DNA of 25,487 bases from Octopus sinensis (Eukaryota), in the NCBI RefSeq assembly GCF_006345805.1, contig NW_021836045.1, positions 1 to 25,487 on the forward strand, written 5' to 3'. The notes beneath the pieces were generated by a model. It was not told the DNA's origin, ran no database searches, and worked only from the letters and a program-made list of their open reading frames with translations. The translations under genes were made by a program, and so were the position numbers. Positions 1 to 9,574 of this stretch are shown here, one piece after another. How positions within the stretch are numbered: position 1 is the stretch's first letter; every line of letters starts with the position of its first letter.

Positions 1-672
1 ACCCGGATACCAGTCAGTCTGTCGCAATGTTAACCCCTGGTTAATGCTGGTGCTTCTCAGATGAGAGCACTGGAAGTGTCTTTCTCGTGGACACAACTTA
101 CCGAAACAATAAATGCATACGCCTATATGTGTGTGTGCGCGCGCTTATGTACATATCCGTGTGTATGTGGGTGTATTTTTGTATGCATGTACACACACAC
201 ACACATAATCTTTTATTCTTTTATTCTTTTGCTTATTTAAAGGTGAATTTTAAAGTCGTTATGCCAATCACATAATCCCCTTCCGACATAGGCCAAAAGT
301 AAAGGTACGAAAGTGGCTAAGTTTGGAAGAAAACAAAACACCACATGTGACTGGTTGGGAAGTAATTGAGAAACCATAACTTATGTGAATGGATCGAATA
401 AATATAAACATTTTTTAGCGTAAAGAGTGCATATCCTGTTCAGATCTAAGATGCTTAATTCTCTATTAGACTCTAGGTCTGGAATTTTCAGTCGTTGTCA
501 AGTATAAATATATTTTGAAGATCTGCAAAATTCCGTCTATTCTTGATTAGATTTTTGATATTTTATTAGCCTTATAATTCAAGGTCTAACAAGGAGAACA
601 CTTAAATGCTGTTTTTACTTTTCCCTTTTCCCATTTTCGTTTTTGTGCTTTCGCTTTCCGATTTCCGGAACA

Positions 673-1745
673 CTGGGCATGCTGTGGAAGACATGCACTG
701 GGGCTGCGGCATCTCCAAACATTCTGCGTAAATGGTGAACAGGTGTGGTCATCGTTTGTCAAACAGGATTTTCCACATCTCATCTCCTTGAGTAAGCTGC
801 AGTCGTGGGTCAAGAAGAGACCGAGGAATGGTTACTGGCATCTGGAATGTTGCTAGGCACTCACTGTCCTCTACCAGGTGGGCAATGCGATCAGTGGAAA
901 ATCCACTCTGAAGTTCTATGGAGGGTTAGTGGAGGGAAAGTGCGATGAAGCACTTGGAGAGACGCTAGGCGTTGACAAAATTGAACTAACCAGTCTGTTG
1001 AGGAGGACTTTCAAGACGGGGATAATGGATAACTTCTAGAAGTCCCTTGCTTTGCAGTGCTATCGGGGGGCACTGCCGGATCGAGATAAACTCTACAAGC
1101 ACGGAAGCGCTGCCTGACCGACCTACCCGAGATGTGCGCAGAGCGATGAAAGCGTTCTGCACGCACTCGTCCAGTGTCCTTGCATTACTGACTTGTGGAG
1201 TTATGTTGTGTAGGCAGTTTCTATCTATCGGCCGAGTCCGTAGTGAAGATCGATCAGCCGCTTTCCATCAGTCCGGAATTTCAGGCAATTTACTTCTGTC
1301 TAATAGCAGTAGCGAAAGAGGCTGTATTGTGGACCAGGTTAAACGGACTAAAGACAGAGAATTTTCTCTACGGCCAATCACGGGTCACCTTTTTCAAATT
1401 TCCTTTGGAAAGGAAGATGAGGGTGCAGAGTGAAGTGCTGCCTCCCAGTACGTTTGCCAAAAGGTGGATGAACAGAGAAAATGGTACGTGTGAGTGGACC
1501 TACTCTAATAACACGCCTTTGGGCTAGTGAATTTGAGAGGGAGGAGAGTGCTCTTACCAGATGCCCTCGAAGCGTCGAGTGGTTCAGGATTGGGGTGTGG
1601 GTACCTGAGCCAACTCCAGGGGATTACCTGCACCTATTACGAACTTTCATAGTTATATTCTTTTGTCGGATATCATTGTTATTCTTTTATCTGTGTACTC
1701 GTTGTCTCTCCGTTAAATCCCCACTGTCCATGTCTACTGTATCCT
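673..1745 (+). mobile_element. Decayed 5'-truncated Tx1/L1-clade LINE (RT C-terminal region, zf-RVT and 3' UTR)
   Basis: Aligns to the intact copy at 4696-5805 (gggcatgc...ggtgaacaggtgtggtc...atggataacttc...gataaactctac). Frameshifted peptides such as GALPDRDKLYKHGS and KRKMRVQSEVL-like segments. Confidence 0.85.
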
Positions 1746-1746
1746 G

Positions 1747-1980
1747 TTTCTTTACTACCCACAAGGGGCTAAACACAGAAAAGACAAACAAGGACAGACA
1801 AACGGATTAAGTCGATTATATCGACCAGAGTGCGTAACTGGTACTTCTTTAATCGACCCCGAAAGGCTGAAAGGCAAAGTCGACCTCGGGGGAATTTGAA
1901 CTCAGAAGGTAACTGCAGAAGAAATACCGCTAAGCATTTAGCCCGAAGTACTGAAGATTCTGCCAGCTCTCACCGCCTTG
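1747..1980 (-). mobile_element. tRNA-derived SINE (Nin/Deu-type core)
   Basis: Minus strand reads ggcggtgagagctggcagaatc (A-box-like) ... gagttcaaattc (B-box) ... gtcgactttgcctttcagcctttcggggtcgattaaagaagtaccag (conserved core). Several similar copies occur in the window. Confidence 0.85.
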
Positions 1981-2124
1981 TCTACTGTATCTTCTCCGAT
2001 ATGCCGGCCCTATTGGCAAGTAATAATGATAATATGGTAGCATAATTACTGGCAAATATTAAGGTTTTATCCAAAAGTATTTGTGATATTGACGGGTAAT
2101 CATTTGATACAGTTTTATAATTTA

Positions 2125-2280
2125 GAGTTGAGGAATTATGTATGATATTTGAATTGGACGGGTAGATGTCTACACTTTATTGTTAATAGGACATCTGAAG
2201 AAGGCTGGAGAATACCTCAGCCGAAACGTTATAGTAACAACTAACAAGATGAGGACACCTGTCCGTCGATTGTAATTATT
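2125..2280 (+). mobile_element. Small non-autonomous PLE-derived element with imperfect inverted arms around a hammerhead motif
   Basis: Left arm (gacgggtagatgtc...ttgtta) is an imperfect reverse complement of the right arm (taacaa...gacacctgtccgtc). The centre carries CTGAAGA-stem-GAAACGTT. Confidence 0.6.
2190..2235 (+). ncRNA. Minimal type I hammerhead ribozyme-like motif (PLE type)
   Basis: Core CUGAAGA 2195-2201; stem II GGCUG 2203-2207 / CAGCC 2218-2222; GAAA 2223-2226; palindromic AACGUU 2225-2230 (stem III only formable as a dimer); GUU triplet; weak stem I ACAU / AU(A)GU. Confidence 0.55.
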
Positions 2281-2488
2281 CTTTTCTACTCTAGTCACAA
2301 AGCCCGAAATTTTGGGGTAGGGCCCAATTGATTAGATCGACCCCACTATGCAACGGGTACTTAATGTTTCAAACCCGAAAGGATGAAAGGTAAAGTCGAA
2401 ATCGGCGGAATTTTGAACTCATAACGTAAAAACAGAACGTTAAGCATTTTGCCCTGCGTGCAAACGTTTCTGCCAACTCGGCGCCTTG
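2281..2488 (-). mobile_element. tRNA-derived SINE (same superfamily, different tail)
   Basis: cccgaaaggatgaaaggtaaagtcga...ggcggaattttgaactca...aagcattttgccc...tctgccaactcggcgcctt, homologous to 1747-1980. Confidence 0.85.
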
Positions 2489-3317
2489 TCAATTGTAAAT
2501 ATTGCAATAATTTGACATGTCAAACTGAAGGAAATTCGTGCGTTTATGGTGGAAAGAGGGAAACCAAAAATAACATCTCAAGTGCAATTCCATAGCGGGA
2601 GCTCAACGTTATTCCTGACACGGTGTATAATACGGTCAATAATGCATTAACTAACTCGACCCAAATCGGATTTTCTGAGGCAAATGAGTCGGATGGAAAG
2701 CCTAGAATAGAACTTATAACCTCCCTCTCAAACCCTTATCTGATATCGAACCGCTTAAGTCCATCCTTTTTTCACTAATTTAACTTGGACATAAACTAAT
2801 CCACTTTCTACCACTCTCACCTTTAATACCATCAGTGGTCTTATGATCTTGAAATCTATTTTCTCCATCCTGCAACTATTCTCTGTCTAAACATCCCTAA
2901 CTCCCCTTCCTATTAAATGTAGCCCTCTATAAAATCAATCAGTCTTAAACCTATATCATGACAACATTTTAAATGCAAAATTTTTAATATAAACTTCTTC
3001 CCCCGGAGAGGTGATGTTATCCAACAATGGACCCTGATATCTGTCGTATATCAGGACCACAAAGATCCCTGAAACGGCCGTAGAACATTTAAAACTCTAC
3101 CTATACTATTTGTGATACTGTTTTATCTGAAAATTGGACTATGTCTTCTTAATATCCACACACGTTTACCTTTTTGATTTCCATTCAATGTATCTTCATA
3201 TGTAAATGTAGATAAATATCTAGCTTGCTTGTCGTTTCTTTACGTATCTAAAGTCTCAAGTTCTAATCTCTTCAGCACTTCGAAGTGAACACCTGTATCT
3301 AAAGTAGAAAATAAAAT

Positions 3318-3371
3318 ATATATATGAATATGTATATATATATATACATATAAATACATATACATACGCAC

Positions 3372-3410
<39 letters not shown>
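3318..3410. repeat. (TA)n/(TACA)n microsatellite
   Basis: Direct reading of the sequence. Confidence 0.95.
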
Positions 3411-3413
<3 letters not shown>

Positions 3414-3425
3414 TTATTTATATTA

Positions 3426-3758
3426 AGGGCATTACTATATAGAAATGCCTCGCGCTAAGAGGGATTCTTGAAGTCAACACTACTATAATAATCACATTGT
3501 ATCAAACGCAAGGATACAAGAGATCGTCTGGTACGTTGATTTTTGTTAAATTTTATGTCTTGACAAAGGCTGCGCTGATGAGTGAAAAGTGCATTTTGTG
3601 CACTAATTACGGAATCATATGATGTTCAGCTACGTCTGTTTCTGGAGGCTCGCTTTGAGAGTTGCATTCCCTCGCGTTTTGTACAATGTGGGCATTATAG
3701 TAGTTTTGACTTCAAGAGACCCTCCTAGCGTGAGGCATTTATGTATAAATAATGCCCT
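3426..3758. mobile_element. MITE / non-autonomous DNA transposon, 333 bp, ~85-bp terminal inverted repeats, TA flanks
   Basis: 3426-~3510 (agggcattactatatagaaatgcctcgcgctaagagggattcttgaagtcaacactactataat...) matches the reverse complement of ~3674-3758. TA at 3424-3425 and 3759-3760. Confidence 0.85.
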
Positions 3759-3904
3759 TATATATATATATATTCATAGGGAATAATTAATAAGTTATCC
3801 CTTCTGAGGTTTTTCACAATAACTACTTGATAAATCCTCGTAAAAATGTTATCCTATATTTCAATTATATATATTTATTAGTAGCCCCAAACTTACTTTG
3901 TTAT

Positions 3905-4035
3905 ATACACACACACACACTTATGTATAATATATATATATATAGAATATATATATATATATTATAATATATATATATATATATATTACATATATGTATA
4001 TATCTATGTATATGTGAGCATGTGTATGTATATGT
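3905..4035. repeat. Compound (CA)n/(TA)n/(TATG)n microsatellite
   Basis: Direct reading. Confidence 0.9.
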
Positions 4036-4329
4036 GTATGTGTTTCAGTTTCCACTATGACCGCTTAGGAAGAGGTTCCGGTTTTTTACGTCCCAGTAAT
4101 TTGGCCGATCGGTATCTTGTTAATTCCTTACAACCACTTGAAACTTTTCACATTTTTACCACATCATTTTCAAAGCATTTACGTCTGATGCAGAATTGCC
4201 TGCCGCTGACGATAATTGCATTCATGTTTTTCTTTTTTCTGGTAAGTAATAAAAAAAAATCAAAAGTATAAAGTTGCGTAACTGTAGGCAAATCAGCGGA
4301 AGGGATCGCGAGAATACGCAGCAGGCTTA

Positions 4330-4410
4330 ACAACAAATACTGGGGTCGATTTGTGCGACTAAAACACTTTAAGGCAGTGCCCCCATAGGCGCAGCCAATG
4401 GATGACAAAC
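4330..4410 (+). mobile_element. Degenerate SINE 3' remnant
   Basis: aatactggggtcgatttgtgcgactaaaacactttaaggcagtgcccca resembles the reverse complement of the SINE tail at 2320-2350 (gattagatcgaccccacta). Confidence 0.45.
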
Positions 4411-4550
4411 GTAAGGAATTGTTTACAGCTATGGTTTAAATTCTACGCCATAAATTAGAATTGTCGGATCTCATCGAAGACAGCGAACGGGAATTGAAGC
4501 TCTATGGTTTGTGTTCCTGAAATTTTAAAGGATGCAACAATAGAAAATGA

Positions 4551-4589
4551 TCTATCTATCGATCAATCAATCGATCTTCTATCTATATC

Positions 4590-4670
<81 letters not shown>

Positions 4671-4695
4671 ATATCTACATATCTATCTATCTATC
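4551..4695. repeat. (TCTA)n tetranucleotide array abutting the 5' end of the LINE
   Basis: Direct reading; the array ends exactly at the first LINE codon TGG (4696). Confidence 0.95.
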
Positions 4696-5805
4696 TGGAA
4701 CGAGATAACGAGTAGGGTGGTCACTCTCGCCCAGCAATGGGCCGAGAGGAAAGTGTCCCTAAAAGGTCGGGCGGAGGTGGCGAACGCCTACATCGCGTCC
4801 ATCATCTACTACCGCCTGACCGTCGTACCTTGTCCCGACCCTACCATCACCAAACTAGAACGCATCCTCTTCCGCTTCTTGTGGAAAGGATGCGTCCCGA
4901 TGGTCAGGCGATCCATTTGCTGCCAACACCCGTTAAAAGAAGGGCTGGGCATGCCGTGGTTGATGATGCGCAGACACGCGCTGAGACTGCGACATCTCCG
5001 GCTCTATGTTCACGACGGTGAACAGGTGTGGTCGCCGTTTGTGAGGCACGCATTCCCGCAACTCGTCTCCATGACCGAACAACAGTCGTGGATCAAAAAG
5101 AGGCCGAGGAAGGGCGAATGGCACCGCGAGTGTCGCGTTGCTCTCAAGCAACTCTGCCGTCCCAGGTCGACCTTGAGTGACTTCAACACAACCAAAGAAT
5201 TCTATAGGGGATTAGTGGAGGGGAGGTACGACGACGATCTCGTGGCAAACCTGGGCGTCGACGAGGAATACCTGACCCGCCTGTTTCAAACGACTTTCGG
5301 CCCGGGACCTATGGACAACTTCCAGAGATCCCTGGCCTGGCGGTGCTACCGAGAAGCGCTACCCGTTCGGGATAAGCTCTATAGGCATGGCTCGAGAAAC
5401 ACGGGGCCGACCTGCCCGAGATGCGGGCAGAGCGACGAAACCGCTCTGCACGCAATCGTGCAGTGTCCAGCAATTTCCGACCTGTGGGCTTATGTCGAAC
5501 GACTGCTGTCACGTGTGGGACGTGTCGGTTTATCAGCCGAGTCTATCGTTAATATCGTCACGCCTCCTCCCTTCAAACGGGAAGGAAGAGCTATTTTTAT
5601 CATACTTGTGGCTATGGCGAAAGAATGTATCTGGTGGACGCGCCCGAAAGGATTGGAGACAAACACTTTCCTCTCTGGTCAATCTCTCATCAACTTCTTC
5701 AAGTATCACATGAAGAGGAAAGTGAGAGTAGAGAGGCAAATTTTGTCTAGCGAATGTTTTAAAAAAAAGATGGGTGAATGTAGCAAGGATGGCACGTATG
5801 AATGA
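4696..5805 (+). CDS. LINE ORF2 C-terminal fragment: RT thumb region plus zf-RVT zinc-binding domain (no native start)
   Basis: WAERKVSLKGRAEVANAYIASIIYYRLTVVPCP...LERILFRFLWKG (L1/Tx1 post-RT motif) and WRCYREALPVRDKLYRHG...CPRCGQSDETALHAIVQCP (CCHC zf-RVT). The first 64 aa of the listed 433-aa ORF are flank and microsatellite read-through. Confidence 0.9.
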   Translation, partial: WNEITSRVVTLAQQWAERKVSLKGRAEVANAYIASIIYYRLTVVPCPDPTITKLERILFRFLWKGCVPMVRRSICCQHPLKEGLGMPWLMMRRHALRLRHLRLYVHDGEQVWSPFVRHAFPQLVSMTEQQSWIKKRPRKGEWHRECRVALKQLCRPRSTLSDFNTTKEFYRGLVEGRYDDDLVANLGVDEEYLTRLFQTTFGPGPMDNFQRSLAWRCYREALPVRDKLYRHGSRNTGPTCPRCGQSDETALHAIVQCPAISDLWAYVERLLSRVGRVGLSAESIVNIVTPPPFKREGRAIFIILVAMAKECIWWTRPKGLETNTFLSGQSLINFFKYHMKRKVRVERQILSSECFKKKMGECSKDGTYE

Positions 5806-6194
5806 CGAAGCCACCTTGACTATGTTTCTATGAACCGTAAAAATTAATACAGAGAGTTGCTTATTTGCAAAAAAAAAATAAAAGAAAGAAATATAACATG
5901 TGACTTCATTGACCGAGGTTATCGTGGTCTTTTCCGTAGGCTTTTCTTTACACTTCATATTGACATTTCTGTGATTACGATCCCTATTGATCAACTTTTT
6001 TCCTCTCCCCTTTCCTTTTATTTTTTTCCCTCTCCCCCCTTTTTTAAAAAAATCCTCCCCTTTTTGTCCTCTTTCTTTCCTTTTACGATCCCTTTTGATC
6101 GAAACCCAACCCCCTTTTTTTACCCCCAAAAGAAAAGCTCAACCTTGTAATTTGTTCTGTCTGTGTGCAGCCCTGTGTGGCTAATAAAGAAACA
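4696..6194 (+). mobile_element. Young 5'-truncated Tx1/L1-clade non-LTR retrotransposon (ORF2 3' part plus 3' UTR)
   Basis: Uninterrupted ORF to 5805, T-rich 3' UTR, AATAAA at 6183-6188, then gaaaca and the (TCTA)n array. Confidence 0.9.
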
Positions 6195-6328
6195 TATCTA
6201 TCTATCTATCTATCTATGTCCATCTATCTCTATCTATCCATCTATCTATCTATCTATCTATGTATCTATTTATCTATCTATCTATCAATCTATCTATCTA
6301 TCTATCTATCTATCTATGTCTATATATC

Positions 6329-6398
<70 letters not shown>

Positions 6399-6438
6399 AC
6401 TGTCTATCTATGACTATCTATCTCTATCTTTCCATCTT

Positions 6439-6520
<82 letters not shown>

Positions 6521-6600
6521 AATCAAACTATCATGTGTCTGTCTAGCTATCTCTCTATCAATCATTGTCTGTATCTTTATCTTTCTATCTCTCTATCTAT
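6195..6600. repeat. (TCTA)n array abutting the 3' end of the LINE
   Basis: Direct reading; same unit and orientation as 4551-4695. Confidence 0.95.
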
Positions 6601-7269
6601 TACGTCTCTCCATATATCGATATACATATATATATATACACACACATATATACATTCATTTACATTTGCTTATTTTGACACACACAAACACACACGCAGA
6701 CACACACTTTCACACACACATATACATAATATAAAGGGAGAGGAAAATCAAATCATGGGACGCAACTTACAAGCATTGTACTACAATCCAGGCTCTGGTA
6801 AACCACATCGAATGGTCCGGCAAAACGGGAAAATCTTTATGGTAAACAATCATTGTCTTTCACTTAGTTCCAAAATTCCGAGTTCACTATTTCGGGTTTT
6901 ATCCTGTGTAAAAGACATTAAAATAAGAATTAAATGTTACACATGAAGTAACTTACTTTTTAGTATATTTTATATACAATGAAATTTAGTTATTTTATAC
7001 CTGTGAATGACACGCCTTTCTGCTGCATGTATATCATAAGCATTAGCATCAGGTTACATCCTGCTGGTTGAAAACTGTACCACCAGTATGCAGTAATTAT
7101 AACTTTAGACTCAGATACTGATACCGGTGGAATGTAAAATACGGCTGCATGCCATTGCTAAAATTTTGAATAAACAGGATGCAAACTTACACCGGGCACA
7201 ATAATGTGCTATGATACACATATACACACCCGCAAACACACACATGCTCACACATACACACACACACAT

Positions 7270-7349
7270 TCATATATATATACGCATAATTGTGTTCGTT
7301 GTGTTCTGCTACTTCAATGAAAAAATGTTTGGTAAATAAACAAATGACG

Positions 7350-7397
<48 letters not shown>

Positions 7398-8130
7398 ACA
7401 TATATATATAAACATTCACTAACTCTTACGAACAGAGGTGAAACCAATTCTTTGGTAAGTTACGATTTTCATTATATTACATCGGCCATCAATTGGCCAT
7501 CGTTCAGACACCTCAACGGCATTTAGGATGGGATAAAAAGGGTCTCCACCCTTAAGACATCATATGTTTGTGTTCCCAAATTACCTAAAATGTTATTTAT
7601 GCTTTTATTTTTACTTCAGTAATTTTCAGTTAACCCATTAGCATTGGCACTGGCCACGTCGGGCCCAAATATTCTTCCTGTTTTCTGTGGAAACTGAACA
7701 CATTAGTCCTTTCACAACCACCATGCAGTTATTCTAAAAGTAAGCAATCACATAATCAAAATCTCAAAGCTAGAAGATAACGTATGTTTAATTGTAAACG
7801 ATGTGAATAAATAAGTAATTCATCTGAATGTTGAAGGAGTATCCCCTTCTAGCTGGTACAATAATGAAACAGCAATTCCATCTCAAATTACAAGTGGGGT
7901 CTTTTTTAAGAACACATTTCAGGTTCGAGGGAGTGGTTAAGAATGTTAGTAGTACAAAAAATCGGGTCGGTATTTTTCTTAGTATTTGACTTTTGTTAAT
8001 TATTGTTTGAAGCCGAGAAGGGTCAAATGAGAGTAGAGACGGTTGAAAAGCAAAAATTTGAAGAAATTTGTGATGTGTGTTGGAGAGATTTAGGAGGCTG
8101 AGAGGAGGATGAAAAATCGATTGATCATAA
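7270..8130. repeat. Duplication block B (paralog of 16460-17306)
   Basis: Colinear match at an offset of ~9.18 kb, about 90% identical by eye. Confidence 0.95.
7436..7739 (+). pseudogene. Orphan copy of candidate LRR-gene 5' exons (7436-7454 and 7630-7739)
   Basis: CACTAAC branch point 7417-7423, AG 7434-7435, GTAAGT 7455-7460, acceptor(s) 7619/7629, ACCACCATG at 7723, GTAAGC from 7740. The ATG frame stops after MQLF. No LRR exon found downstream before 9760. Confidence 0.4.
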
Positions 8131-8383
8131 TACTTGGAATAAATTTGGGATGCGTGTTATATATATTTATATTTCTGTGGGTATCTATATATATGCTGAC
8201 TACTTAATGTTTTTGATACTGTGTATTAATGTAGGAGTTTATATGTATATATATTGTGCGTATATGTGTGTGTGTTTGCATGTATGTATGTAAGAGCTTA
8301 TATGTATATATTATGTATTTGTAAATGCAATTTTGGATATTTCATATGTATTGCATATGCTCATATATATATATATATATATA

Positions 8384-8443
<60 letters not shown>

Positions 8444-9290
8444 TGTATACATAGACACACACACATATATTAGCTATTTGGAATGTGTTCACTTGTCGAT
8501 TGTCAGGTTGACTCTTGTTTTACATTACAGCTTTGATTATTTAGAATTAGGGAAGTGCATGAATGTCGGGTAGTATTTATGCTTACGATAAAAAATAACG
8601 TCAGAGAATTTAACAGTGAGGAGTTGTGGAGGCGAAGAATAGTTAATGACTCTTTAATACATAACATACATTTATCTATATTTGTGTTGTATAGGAGAGC
8701 TTCACATACTATGGACCACGATAGAGCGTATTGGACATTGTTTTCAATTGAGGTTGTATATGTGTGTTGCTAAAGATAGAAATAGTTTAGATTTGGGATT
8801 AGTGAAATAATACATATGAGCACGACAACGGCATTCGAATGCCTCAGTGCCATAAATATATACCCTTGCCTGGTGGGTACATGGGATCATCACGTGGCAC
8901 TTATAGATTACGCTTTTGAGGAGACAGGTGTCTGCATACCGTATATTTCAGAGCCAGTCAGTTGCAAGTGGTTGGGGTTTACTATTAGTAATGTTGATGT
9001 TGGTTGGTTTGTTGTTAGTGGGGAGAATCTAACTTAGGATTTATATTAGTATCGGAGTGGGAGTTTGTAATGGAACTAATATTTGTCGTCTCGTAGATAG
9101 GGTTGTAGAATATTGGCTGAAGTTTAGTATTATACAATTGAGGTGGCTTATTAATGTTTGTATTATTGTATTGTGAAGTTTAGCTTGGAATTTTGGGGAA
9201 AATTTTGGTTTTATCCACACATAAACTTTGAGATGTATTGTTGATTTTTTTGATTTTATCTTACTATAATCAGCAACAAACACATTCCGT
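7925..9290 (-). mobile_element. Decayed Penelope-like retroelement: GIY-YIG endonuclease region (~8605-8932) with flanking PLE sequence
   Basis: Minus-strand translation DTCLLKSVIYKCHV...RVYIYGTEAFECRCRAH...LATHIYNL / ENNVQYALSWSIVCEALLYNTNIDKCMLCIKESLTIL...LLNS matches the PLE GIY-YIG pattern (VIYK..YIG.TE..F..R...H; W.I...Y....C.LC..E..I). Outer boundaries are approximate and the 7925-8230 part is a weaker match. Confidence 0.75.
8240..8470. repeat. (TA)n/(TATG)n compound microsatellite
   Basis: Direct reading. Confidence 0.9.
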
Positions 9291-9548
9291 CAATATTAAA
9301 TTCTTTATTGGATAAAAAAAACATTATCAAAACTTGAAGGTAAAACAAAACAAATGTGCTTTGTTTTCTTCCAGGCACAAATGTCCTGTAGCAATAGTCT
9401 TTCATCGACCGACCTTTCCTCCAAAAAAATCAGTGGAATCATTCGATCTCCATACACAAATTATTTTCCTCCTGGAACTATAAAAAAAGTTACACACATT
9501 AGGCGCACCTTTCTCTAAGCGGCACACTAAATTTCCCAGGTAAGAATA

Positions 9549-9574
9549 GCGGCTTATACACCGGAAAATACGGT
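9549..9574. mobile_element. Single pogo/Tigger-like terminal inverted repeat end
   Basis: gcggcttatacaccggaaaatacggt resembles the ...CTTATACACCGGAAAATACGGTA terminus of pogo-type elements. No partner TIR found. Confidence 0.45.

Larger units (their letters stand above)
15..2025. repeat. Segmental duplication block A (paralog of 9769-11787)
   Basis: Colinear match at an offset of ~9.75 kb, roughly 90-95% identical by eye. It includes unique flank, a LINE fragment with the same truncation point and the same in-frame TAG (aacttcTAGaagtcc), and the same SINE. It probably extends left of the window. Confidence 0.95.

Noticed and set aside
96-123. Minus-strand donor CG|GTAAGT at 101-96 (also in block A')
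   Set aside because: No credible upstream acceptor or pyrimidine tract, and no coding signal.
2491-2550. Cys-rich peptide NCKYCNNLTCQTEGNSCVYG as an EGF/MEGF-like exon
   Set aside because: The terminal Cys is missing, there is no acceptor (it abuts the SINE) and a stop follows soon after. Kept only as part of an unassigned region.
3575-3587. CTGATGA-gt-GAAA as a hammerhead core or C/D box
   Set aside because: No stem II can form between the two motifs, there is no stem III/triplet, and no D box or terminal stem was found.
4504-4695. N-terminal part of the 433-aa ORF (SIYL repeats) as a host protein or fusion
   Set aside because: It is translation of the (TCTA)n array, which happens to lack stops in this frame. 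The protein-like part starts at 4696 and is LINE ORF2.
6163-6946. Long ORFs made of SIYL/YLSI repeats
   Set aside because: Microsatellite translation with no coding signal.
8470-8520. Minus-strand CCTGACAAT...GAACAC as the hammerhead of the GIY-YIG PLE
   Set aside because: Core nucleotides and stem II are not intact; not supportable.
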